DNA of 64,000 bases from Eledone cirrhosa (Eukaryota): NCBI GenBank assembly GCA_964016885.1, contig OZ024743.1, forward strand, positions 153,574,001 to 153,638,000, given 5' to 3'. Of the stretch, positions 26,772 through 38,141 are shown one piece after another. Made by a program: the position numbers and the translations under genes. The notes under the pieces were generated by a model that saw only the letters and a program-made list of their open reading frames with translations, was not told the DNA's origin and did no database searches. The first letter of the stretch is position 1. Every line of letters begins with the position of its first letter.

Positions 26772-27554
26772 TATATATATATATTGGAAAATATGTGAAA
26801 TCATTGGTACAGTTAGGTATATTTGAAAAAAGGAAAAGAATGACTTCACTTGTAGTTCTAAACAATTTTATTTAATTTTGTAATATCATAATATTATGAG
26901 TTGGTAGATCTAGTAAGTTCTTTGTTAACTTCGGTGGGAAGATTTTTAAAGATTCCTGGTTAACTTTCCTGGAGAATTTTCTCTGATGGCAATTGTCAAA
27001 CATTCCCTAAATGTAAACATACTTACAGCCCATATATATTACACACATATACACACACACATATACACACACACATATATATACACACATACACACACAT
27101 ACAATATATACATACATATGCATACACACATTTATATATATATATATATATACACCTACACATATATGTACATACATACACATACATATAAACACACACA
27201 CATATGTATATACACATACACATATGTTCATATATACACACCCACATGCACACATACATAGACAAACCTACACCTACAGACATACGTACAAACACATATA
27301 CACACACACATATATATATATACACATCTACTCAAGTACTTAAGTTCACATATACATTGGGGTGGGGAAAGGGGAATTAATGAAATGTTAGTGTACCTCT
27401 GAGGGTTTTTCTTCTCTTCAAAGATCGAATATTTGAAAGTGTGGGTGTCATCAACTTCTATTTGGATATTTTCCTTTTTTCAAAAAGAGATTTTTTAAAG
27501 AATAGAGAGAGGTGAGAGAATCCTGTTATTTGAAGATGGAATATCATTTTTTTT

Positions 27555-29010
27555 TTGTTCAGTAGTGGTTTTTACTTTCTAATGAAGAATTCTTCTTTAT
27601 ATTTTCGGAATTGTTCGTTGTCCGACCATATCTTAAAGAAGGGGAAAATTGTGAATTTTCCCTTTCCGCTTGTTGCGAAGTTTTCACTGCATGTGGTGTT
27701 TCTGACAGAGGTGTCTCTAATTTGTTGTTTATGTACTCGGACTCTGTCATGTAGACCCGTTCCGGTTTCACCAATGTAGTGTTCTTTACATTGTGGGCAG
27801 ATTGCACAGTAAATCAAGTTTTTGGTTTTGCAATTCATGTTTGCATTAACTTTGAAAAACTGGTTGTTTTTAAAGGAGATTTTCCCACCCTCTTCAATGT
27901 GTTCCCAAGTTCCACACCGAGGGTCCCTGCATTTCTTAACTTGCATTGCTTCATTATTAGACGTAAATTTTACCTTGGTAAGCAGTTTTTTTAGGTTGGG
28001 GGCTTGGCGTCTACTATATATTTTCGTGCATCTTTTATGAGTGCATCCGTTTTAGGGGACTGCTGGAGAATCGAGAGATATTGTTTAGTGGCTTTCTCAA
28101 TGTTGAAGTTCCTTGGATTGTGAGTGATGTCAACAGGGATAACTGTTTTTTCCATTTTATTTTGTTGCTTTGTTTTTCTCAGTGTTGTCACTGGAATGTT
28201 CTGGGCTTTGGAGATGGCTGTGTTGATGAGGTTCACCGGATATTCTTGTTTTCTAAGAAACTCTTTTAATTCATATAATCTTTTTTACTGTAGTGTGGGG
28301 TGTGTTATTATAGTGCAAATACGTTTTGCCATGTTAAAAGGAATGTTCCTTTGGATATGTGAGGGTGTGCTGATCGGAAATTCAAGTATTGGTGTGTGTC
28401 TGTTGGTTTGTAAAATAAGTCTGTTTTAATATTTCCCCCTTCTTAAATGGTAAGGATATCCAGAAACGGTAGTTCCTTTTTATTACATTCCATGGTAAAT
28501 TTTATTACTTCGTGAAGATTGTTTATGATGGAATGGAATCTTTGCAGTTCTTCTTGGCTTCTATTCCAGAAGTTGAAGCAGTCGTCTAGGTAACGTTTCC
28601 AGTTGTGATTAATGTAGGTGGGGAAGTTATGACTGAATGTTTCCTGAAGTTGGGAATATAATTTTGCCTCTAAGTGACCCATAACGAGTGTTGTATATGT
28701 TGTGGCGACTTTGGTGCCCGTAGCCGTTCCTTTTATTTGTAAATACAGTTCGTTATCAAAAAGGAAATGGTTGTTCTCCAATACTAATTTGAGTCCTTCC
28801 AAAATAAATATTTTGGGAAATCTCTCTGAAATGTAGTCTGGGTGTTTTGTAATCCATAAGTGAACAGCTTCAATTTCTAAGTCATGTGGGATGTTAGTAT
28901 ATAAACTTGTTACGTCAAAGCTGACTAAGTTTGTTTCTTGATTGTTCTGGAAGATATAATTCAGGAATTCCATATCATCTCTGATGAAGCTTGGCACTGT
29001 TTTACATAAG
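27555..29010 (-). pseudogene. Penelope-like element ORF (RT plus Cys-rich linker plus GIY-YIG), 5'-truncated and frameshifted
   Basis: LVSFDVTSLYTNIPH, GTATGT...Y..LVMG, RYLDDCF, LPFLDI; KKCRDPRC; NLIYCAICPQCKEHYIGETG...RVRVH. Confidence 0.9.
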
Positions 29011-29214
29011 GGTTTCAGTATGATGAAAAAGGGGGTTGGACTAATGTTCTTTAACCATCTTTGAAAACTCTTTAAGATAGTACCAAGTGCTTCTATGACA
29101 ATTGGGACAATCTTGATCTCATGACAGACCCAAATCCTTTTTAATTCCGATTTTAAATCCTGGTATCGGTTAATTTTCTCCTTCTGCTTTTCTTGCACTC
29201 TCGTGTGAAAGTGG

Positions 29215-32200
29215 TGTGGATATGGTGTGGCGTGCGGTGGCCGGAGCGGGGGAATGCTCGACCAGAAGGGCCAGCAGATGGCTCTCTCTCTAGTGGTGAC
29301 CAGCAAAGGTGTGGACGCGAGTTTTGGCAGCTCCCGGTGTTGGACGCACGTGGAAGAGGAGAAACCAGCAGTGGGATTTAGCGGCGCCCATGAAAAGCGG
29401 TAAGTGAGATAGCCTTTTCTAACTACAAGCTATTTCGGCACTGGAAACTGAGATCTGATTGAAAAAAAAAAAAAAAAAGCTACTGGAAAAACAGAGAGGA
29501 GTATGTTTTTTTTCTTTTTCACGTACCGCAAGACAAATTAGAAGATGGCGACAAGACTACTAACAAGCGAAGCTATCAGGGCATTTACCGGGGAAGGTGA
29601 TGTTGTCGCTTGGCTGCGAAAAGTCCGGCTGGTCGCAAGCTTGCAGAAGATAGATGTGGCTGGCCTCATGGCACTGTATCTCGAGGGGGACGCGTTGGTA
29701 CTCTTCCTTGAGTTGGACAAACACAGCCAAAGAGATGCGCAAAAGATTGAGAGGCGCATGATGGAAGCGTTCGCAGAGGGACCGTTAGCCGCTTTCGCTA
29801 AGCTGGCAAGATTTAGATGGAACGGTGAACGCGTTGACATTTTCGCAGCGGAAAAACGGCGATTGGCCATGCGAATGCACGGTGCGGTTGGCGTTCATAA
29901 ATGGATTTCCAGACGACATAGCGGTGAAACTGCAGCAAGTCCCGGGTTACAAAGAAATGGAAATGCGTTCACTGGTGGAACAAGCCCGGATAATAGCAGA
30001 AGATGCCAAGAAGAGTGTTGCGGTGATAGCAACTACAGAGGCTCAAGACAGCTGGCAGCGAAATGGTGAAAGAGAGGCAACCACGGCACGCGGTCGCCCG
30101 CGAACATTTAGAGGTCGCTGTTTTCGGTGCCAGGGTCCGCACATGGCTAGAGACTGCAGAGAGTCAAGGCCGGAATAATATGCTACCGGTGTAAGCGACC
30201 AGGCCACATCGCTATTAACTGCGACCAGGGAAACGATCCAAAGGGAACTACTGCGCCGGTAGTTGCCCTTACGAGTGGAGGCGCTGCCCGTGGTGGAAGT
30301 CTTCGTGAGGGGAAAGCCACAGCGAGCCCTCGTGGACACGGGCTGTACGACGACACTGGTGTCCGCGGGGGTGGCGCAAAGGTGGAGAGGGAAGAGCAGC
30401 GTAAGGGCAGTCGACGGCAGGAAAATTGAATGCCGAGGTCGCAGCGAGATGGAAATAGCGGTACGGGGAAGGAAAATAAGGCTTTCTGCCATCGTAGTCG
30501 ACAACGTGGTGGATGGGATCGGCGTGGTTATGGGAATGGACGCAATTGGCCGTCTAGGAGGCGTCACAGTGAACAACGTCGGTGTGTCGTTTGGCGCCGC
30601 TGCATCGGTATGCGCTGTGAGTACGCGATAGGAGAACCAGAAGGCGCACGAGGAGAAAAACCTCGCTTACACACTGCAGGACAAAGACTTCAAGGCCGTG
30701 TTTGATGGGCAATGATGGGTTGTTGAGTGGTACTGGAAGGGAGAACACCAACACTGAAGACCAAAGTGGGCTGCTATCAACACACATTGAAGGGAAACAT
30801 TAGGAGCGAGTTCGAGCGAGAGGTAGAGAGATGGATTGAGGAGGGCATACTGCTTCCCTGGAAAGAGGAGGTGAAGTGCGGAGTATTGCCGTTAATGGCG
30901 GTGGCGCAACCCACGAAGTACAAGGTGAGGCCGGTGCTGGACTTTCGGGAGCTGAACGAGCACGTGTCATGCCACACGGGTGGCGAGGTCACGGATATCT
31001 GTGGGGAAACCCTGCGTGAGTGGAGACGCATGACGGGGGCTTCAGCAATCGTAGATCTAAAGTCGGCATACTTGCAATTGCATATAGATGAGAAGCTCTG
31101 GCAGTATCAGCTGGTCAGGTACAAGGGCCGGACATATTGCCTGACCAGGCTCGGTTTCGGGCTGAGCTCCGCACCGAAGATCATGGTGGCGGTCCTCAAG
31201 ACCATTCTGGGAAAGGCCGACAAGATGAAGAGGGCCACTAACTCCTATATTGACGACATCCTAGTGGACGAGTCTGTGGTGTCGGCGGCGGAGGTCACGA
31301 GCCATTTACAGGGGTATGGACTGGCTGCGAAGCCGTCAGAAGCGTTGGAGGGAGGAGCCGCGCTGGGACTTAGGTTACGGCGAGACAGGACGGGCGTCTT
31401 GGTATTCCAGAGGGGAAATGAAGTTCCAGAACTGGGCCCAAGTATGAGTATGCGGGAGCTTTTCTCGGTGTGTGGAAAGTTGGTGGGTCACTACCCGATT
31501 GTCGGCTGACCGAGTCGGATCTGAAAGGGTTGCATGACATGCACCACATGGGAGTGGATAGGAGCCTGTTCCTAGCCAGGAGAATCGACTCGGACGTTAA
31601 CAGACACAGTGTTCAAAGAGTGGTTAGAGGCTGCGTCCGATGACAGTCCATTGATCCCGGCCCGGGTGTGCACGAAACGGGAAGCCTCCCGGTGGATCGC
31701 GACTGGAAGCGATTGCGGTGGATGTAACGCACTACCGACAGGGAACGTACCTCTCGATGGTCGATTGTGGACCAGGACGGATGGCGATATGGAGGGAGAT
31801 GAAGACTGAAACGGCCGAGGAAATCATGCGGACGTTGAGAGAGGTGTTCTTGGAGCTGGCCCCTGTGGACGAACTGCTGATGGACAACAGCGCAGCGTTC
31901 CGCTCGGAGGCGCTGAGGGAGATGCTCGATGGATGGAAGGTGGACCGTTTCTTCAGAGTAGCGCACAGGCTGAGCTATAATGGAATTGTGGAGCGACACC
32001 ACCGCACGATCAAGGCAATGGCGGAGCGGGGCCATATCTCACCAATGGAGGCAGTGTTCTGGTACAACATGTCCCCTCGGGTAGGACAGGTCGAGGAATC
32101 GGTGCCACACAGAGCAGTATTCAGATACAAGTGGCGGTACCCGTGCACCCCACCACAATGTCCAGTAGGGAGAGAGAGTGCATTCGTGCAGGTGGGCGAA

Positions 32201-32712
32201 GAAGTCTGGGTTGAGCCCCCAGATGCACGTTGCACATCTCAATGGGGAAGGGGAACGGTGACGGCCGTAAATTCCCAGAACAATGTGTCCGTGGACGGAG
32301 TACCACGTCATGTCATGGATGTCCGTAGAAAAACTGTGTCAACGGACTCCGAGGAAGAGGAAACCCAAAGTGCTGCCCCAACACTGCGGAGATCGCAAAA
32401 AGTCGTAAACCACCAACCTGGACAGCAGACTTTCATATGCAGAAGGACGAGGGGGAAATTGATCCTTGAGATCAGGGGGGGGGCGTGTGAGTGTGGTGTG
32501 GCGTGCGGTGGCCGGAAGCGGAGGAGTACTCGACCGGAAGGGTGCTTGGCTGGAAGGATGCTCGACCGGAAGGGCCAGCAGATGGGTCTCTCTCTAGTGG
32601 TGACCAGCTCCCGGTGTTAAGGAGTTGGACGCACGTGGAAGAGGAGAAACCAGCAGTGGGATTTAGCCGCGCCTATGAAAAGCGTTAAGTGAAATAGCTT
32701 TTTCTAACCACA
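29215..32712 (+). mobile_element. Compact Gypsy/Ty3 LTR retrotransposon (3.5 kb), degenerate
   Basis: LTRs 29215-29427 and 32486-32712 (TG...CA); TSD AGTGG/AGGGG; PPT AGGGGGGGGG at 32474; GC-rich relative to the host. Confidence 0.9.
29547..32390 (+). pseudogene. gag-pol remnant: Gag with two CCHC knuckles, protease, RT, integrase; RNase H missing
   Basis: CFRCQGPHMARDC and CYRCKRPGHIAINC; ALVDTGC; VDLKSAY...YIDDILV; HHMG..., DVTHY...DNSAAF...NGIVERHHRTIK; order PR-RT-IN; stops and frameshifts. Confidence 0.88.
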
Positions 32713-32958
32713 AGGGGCAGGTTACATCTACAATCAGGCATGATTTTTTTTCCATGATAAAAACCACCTGGTCAGGCCTATTGTGTTCTAACTTTTTGTC
32801 CGTCTATATCCTAAAATCCCATAACACCTTCACTTGATCGTTTTCTATCACCGGCTCTGGCTTATGCTCATACCACTTCTCAGAATGTGGTAAATTGTTT
32901 AGTTTGCATAAATTCCAGTGAATCACCTTTCCTATCATATCATGTATTATTATTATTA

Positions 32959-33063
32959 TTCCGCCGAGGTTAACTTTGATTTTCATCCTTACGGGGTCGA
33001 TAAAATAAAGTACCAGTAATAAACTGGTAATTTGCTGGTCTTGTGCCAAATGTAGAAACAATT
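32959..33063 (+). mobile_element. SINE family B, 5'-truncated
   Basis: CCGCCGAGGTTAACTTTG...CATCCTTACGGGGTCGATAAAATAAAGTACCAG...GTAGAAACAATTAT. Confidence 0.75.
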
Positions 33064-33077
33064 ATTATTATTATTAT

Positions 33078-33238
33078 TCGCATCCGTCATCTACTACCGC
33101 CCGACAGTCGTGCCTTTTCCTAAGCCTCGCCTGACTGCACTGGAGCATTCACTCATTCGCTTTTTGTGGAAAGGACGTACTCCGATGGTCAGACGGTCCA
33201 TATGCTGTCAACACCCGTTACGCGGAGGGCTGGGCATG
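33078..33238 (+). mobile_element. L1/Tx1-like LINE ORF2 fragment
   Basis: ASVIYYRPTVVPFP...RFLWKGRTPMVRRSICCQHPLRGGLGM, homologous to the start of 39436-38392. Confidence 0.75.
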
Positions 33239-33259
33239 ACGGATGCGAATAATAATAAT

Positions 33260-33446
33260 AATAATTGATTCTACTTTTGGCACAAGGCCACAAAATACCC
33301 AGTGCATTACTGGTACTTTATTTTATCAACCCATTAAGGATGAAAGGCAAAGTTATCCTCGGCGGGATTTGAACTCATAATGGCAAGGGCCGTAACTCTA
33401 TGCGTCAAAGCATGTCGTCTGACCCTCTACCGATACTGCCAATCCA
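33260..33446 (-). mobile_element. SINE family B
   Basis: Reverse complement of the 43654-43844 consensus. Confidence 0.8.
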
Positions 33447-33454
33447 ATAATAAT

Positions 33455-34010
33455 ACCTGATATGATGGGAAAGGTGATTTACTGGAATTTATGCAAACTA
33501 AACAATTTACAACATTCTGAGAAGGGGTATGAGCATATGCCAGAGTCGGTGATAAAAAACGATCAGGTGAAGGTGCTATGGGATTTCAGGATACAGACGG
33601 ACAAGAAATTAGAACACAATAGGCCTGACCTTGTGGTTTTTGACACGGAAAAAAGATCATGCTTGATTGTAGATGTAGCCTGCCCCTTTGACATGAGAGT
33701 GCAAGAAAAGGAGGAGAAAATTAACCGATACCATGATTTAAAGTGGGAGTTAAAAAGGGTTTAGGTCTGTCATGAGATTAAGATTGTCCCAATTGTCATA
33801 GGAGCATTTGGTACTATCTCAGAGTTTTCAAAGGTGGTTAAAGAACATTAGTCCAACCCCCTTTTTTGGAACACTTAAAAACGCATGCTTGCTGGGAACA
33901 GCTAGAACCCTCCAAAACGTCCTGAATATCTGCGGTTTGATGTTCATTTGAACAAACCTTCCACTTAAATAACATCAATGACTGAGACTCAAAGAAAAAT
34001 AACAATAATA
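33455..34010 (+). mobile_element. R4/Dong-like LINE 3' fragment
   Basis: VLWDFRIQTDKKLEHNRPDLVVFD...IVDVACPFD...EKINRY (PD-(D/E)xK type endonuclease); flanked by (AAT)n. Confidence 0.8.
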
Positions 34011-34011
34011 A

Positions 34012-35305
34012 TGTACATAATGAAACAAAGCACAATAAGTAACTGCAGAATATGTGGAGATAGGGAAGAAACAATCAATCACATAGATTTTGGATGCCCA
34101 GGTCTAGCCAAAAAGGAATATATCCACAGGCATGATATAATTGGGACCTTCATACACTGGAAGTTGTGCCAGAATTATGAAATACTAACAGAAAAAGGAT
34201 AGTACAAACATACCAGAAAAGTGTCCGAAAATGACAAAGCAACCATTCCTTGGGATATGCCAATACATACAGATAGAGATCAAGCCAACCAACCAGATAT
34301 AGTGAAAGAACACAAAGAAAACAAATGCCTTCTAATAGATGTATCTATCCCACAGATGACAATATATCTTCCAAAAAAATAGAGAAACCCTCCAAATATA
34401 AAGATCTAGAGATACAAATATGGATAATGAAAACTGAAACAATCTAAACTATAATAAAGTAAGAAGCGCGGTACAGTTTATAATTTCTTATCCCCTCAGT
34501 AAAATAATTTGGATTACTTTGAATAAATAATGAATGAATATTACATAATTTATCTACTAAATTTCGTGGCTGTTTATTAAATATATTTTATTACTTATTT
34601 AAAGATTTACTTCTTTAAAATTTTCAAATGTCAACACTTCCGGTTAGCGATCGTTTAAATATATTTCTGTCACAAATTTTCTCCTAATGCAGTTTATATA
34701 TAATATCGTCTTTTTTTAAATGTATCATGGATTACGTTACTGATTACATAAGACAGTGTAACACATTTTTCGTTCAATATCTGTGTATATTGTCAATTAC
34801 GATTTTATTTGATCATATGTGCTTGCGTATAATATCAGTATACACACTACACATGCTAGCAGATATATAATATCGTCTTTTTTTAATGATTACGTTACTG
34901 ATTACAGAAAACAGTGCAACACAGTCTTTGTTCTATTGTCAATTATGGTTTATTTGATGTATCATATCTAAATGCATATATACTTGCGTATAATATCAAT
35001 ATACACACTATACATGCTAGCAGAAAACCATTCTTTGGGTCGTTTTTCTGCTGGTATCTATAATAATAGGTGCTTTGGGAATGATAAAACGAACAAACAC
35101 ACAGACAAATACATAACCAAAATTCCAGGACTTACAAATATATACAATATACAAAAAAAGAAAACAGCGTTACTAGGCACGGCACACATACTACGAAAAG
35201 TACTATTAATACAATAGAAAACACACGAACAAAAACTACACTGCTCATACCCAAGGCGCACAGAGCTGTGCTCAGTAAAGCAGTAATGATGTGCAATAAA
35301 AATAA
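34012..35305 (+). mobile_element. Second R4/Dong-like LINE 3' fragment, interrupted by a Helitron-like element
   Basis: CRICGDREETINHI..GC..LAKKEYIHRHD, NQPDIV, LIDVSIP, ET|ISIIIGALG...KTALLGTAHILRKVL*; ends in (AAT)n. Confidence 0.8.
34443..35054 (+). mobile_element. Non-autonomous Helitron-like element
   Basis: Inserted at A|T with no TSD (removal restores GAA ACA ATA TCT ATA ATA ATA GGT); 5' TCTAAACTATAATAAAG; 3' hairpin then CTGG; internal ~165-bp duplication. Confidence 0.7.
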
Positions 35306-35671
35306 TGATAATAATAATAATAATTGTTTCTACTTTTGACACAAGGCCATCCATTACCCAGTGCATTACCGACCCCGTAAGGATGAAAGGCAAAGCAACC
35401 TCGGTGGGATTTGAACGCAATAATAATAATAGAATGTACTGCTTTTTACCACAGCCTAAAAACACTACATTTTATCACTTTGTACTTCTACCTTGCTTTA
35501 CTTGCTTTCTTCAAGTGCTTGCCTATGTTCAGCATTTAGTGCTAATTGTAAATAACTGTATTTGATTGACTTGTTGTTTGCATATGCATGTATGATCATC
35601 ACCTGTATAGAAATGATTGTAAATATAAAAAAAATGGATTTAATTTTATAACCTTGTTTTTCTTTTCATTT

Positions 35672-35706
<35 letters not shown>

Positions 35707-35714
<8 letters not shown>

Positions 35715-36657
35715 AAGTTTGTCCTCATCAGTGGCCATCCGACCGTCGTAGGCATTTCGTTGCATTAGAGGCCATATACCTCAGGTTGGTACGAGCAACG
35801 GCTAAAAATAAGTCGTTGGACACGTAAATAAGGGGGACGCTAGGGTAAACGAACAAAATGGTTTAAGCAGCAGAAAGTAATGAAGAAGGAAACAAGTCCC
35901 AGATTTCTATGAATATAAATTCGGTGAAATCGTGAACGAGAGAATAAAGACCATCAAACCTGGTTGAAATGTGAGCAAGGAAGGAATTTCGCACAGGTCT
36001 AACGGGAGGAAGAATTCGGTAAACATAAGTTCTGTGAAGTCGCAGACGAGAGAGAGAGAGAAAAAAATGCATACCGGCTTGGCCAAGTGCCCGCGAGAGA
36101 AGGAATACGAACAGGTCAAACGGGAAGAAAGGGGAGGAGGAGAGATAGTGTCAGAGAGTGAGTGAATGAAAGGTGAGGAAGAGGCTAACAGAGAAAGAGA
36201 CTGCTAGAAAGGGTAAAGACACAAAGAACGAAACAGACTGGTGGCAGCAGAGGAAAAATATGACCAAGCCGGTATGAATTTTTTTTCTCTCTCTCTCTCG
36301 TCTGCGACTTCACAGAACTTATGTTTACCGAATTCGCAGACCAGACCCCTTCTTCTTACCGTTAGACCTGTGCGAAATTCCTTCCTTGCTCACATTTCAA
36401 CCAGGTTTGATGGTCTTTATTCTCACGTTCACGATTTCACCGAATTTATATTCATATAAATCTGGGACTTGTTTCCTTCTTCATTACTTTCTGCTGCTTA
36501 AACCATTTTGTTCGTTTACCCTAGCGTCCCCCTTATTTACGTGTCCCAACGACTTTTTTTTAGCCGCTGCTCACACCAACCTGAGGTATATGGCCTCTAA
36601 TGCGACGAAATGCCTACGATGGCTGGATGGCCACTGATGAGGACAAACTTTTTCATA
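35707..36657. repeat. Inverted repeat (~380-bp arms) with purine-rich spacer, between (TA)n tracts
   Basis: 35707-36082 is the reverse complement of 36263-36657; outer ends carry CTGATGAGGAC. Confidence 0.85.
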
Positions 36658-36694
36658 TGTAACCCATTTGCAGCGCCGCAGCTCCATTATTATC

Positions 36695-37194
<500 letters not shown>

Positions 37195-37749
37195 AAAAAT
37201 ATCGGAGCTCAGTCGTCAGGGTCCCGAATTTTTCACATTACCCACTCTACTATCCAAAGTATCGAGTACTTTGGTGAGGAATGTTCTAACTGATTTTCAC
37301 CACCTCCATTCTGATATATATATATATAATCACTTCCCAGATGGCATTGGGATTGTGTGCTTTCTTTTACTAAATGCCACTTCAATCTCTTTTAATCTAC
37401 ACATTAAAGAATGTAGACAATAGTATCAGTTTGAGAATGCTGAAATTTAATTTATCAAAACTATTATCCAAATTTATTAATTCCCAAACTGTTTGGATCT
37501 TCTGTAATTTTCATAAGAGATTTATTGTCAATCTGAAACTTTTGTCTGAACTTTTAATTCAATAGGATATTAAAAATCGTCTAAAAAAGGTCTATAACTT
37601 TTATAAGACTTCATTACATCTAAATAAATTATTAGAAGATAAAATGAATTTTTATTAATGAGATAGTGAGAAATTCATATCACATTATGCTATCCATTTA
37701 AACTTTAATGTTTCTTTTTAATGAGAAAAATATGTGTGTATATATATTC

Positions 37750-37785
<36 letters not shown>

Positions 37786-37788
<3 letters not shown>

Positions 37789-37844
37789 AGTGGTTACACA
37801 ACAGTTAGTTGGTATGGTGAACTAACTGTTGTGTAACCACTTCT
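37786..37844. repeat. Perfect 25-bp hairpin with 9-nt loop next to (GA)n/(TA)n
   Basis: AGAAGTGGTTACACAACAGTTAGTT-ggtatggtg-AACTAACTGTTGTGTAACCACTTCT. Confidence 0.9.
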
Positions 37845-37930
37845 ACCTAACTCGTCCCTTGGACTGAGTGCTCTACCACTACGGATATTACCTTCCAGTG
37901 TTCCACCACTATATATATATATATATATAT

Positions 37931-37976
<46 letters not shown>

Positions 37977-37989
37977 ACCTTACCACAAC

Positions 37990-38080
37990 AGAAGTCTGAC
38001 GAGTTTTTGATTTCAGAGTTAGGCCAGATCGATAAAGATCAAGCCTGGTGCTGATCATTAGCGAAACGTTCGTCACTTCT
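37990..38080 (+). ncRNA. Type I hammerhead ribozyme with intact core
   Basis: AGAAGT-CTGACGA-long stem II-GAAAC-GTTC-GTC^ACTTCT, followed by AATAAA (38082); sits in a 160-bp island between (GA)n and (TA)n. Confidence 0.8.
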
Positions 38081-38141
38081 CAATAAATATAATGAATTCC
38101 TAACGAACTGTCCTTTTTATTATTAGTAAATATATATATAT

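Larger units (their letters stand above)
29020..32945 (-). mobile_element. R4/Dong-like LINE 3' fragment (restriction-like endonuclease) split by the Gypsy insertion
   Basis: HDMIGKVIHWNLCK...VLWDFRI...NRPDLVV..VDVTCP (32945-32713) continues as TRVQEKQKEKINRYQDL...VPIVIEALG (29214-29020). Confidence 0.8.
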
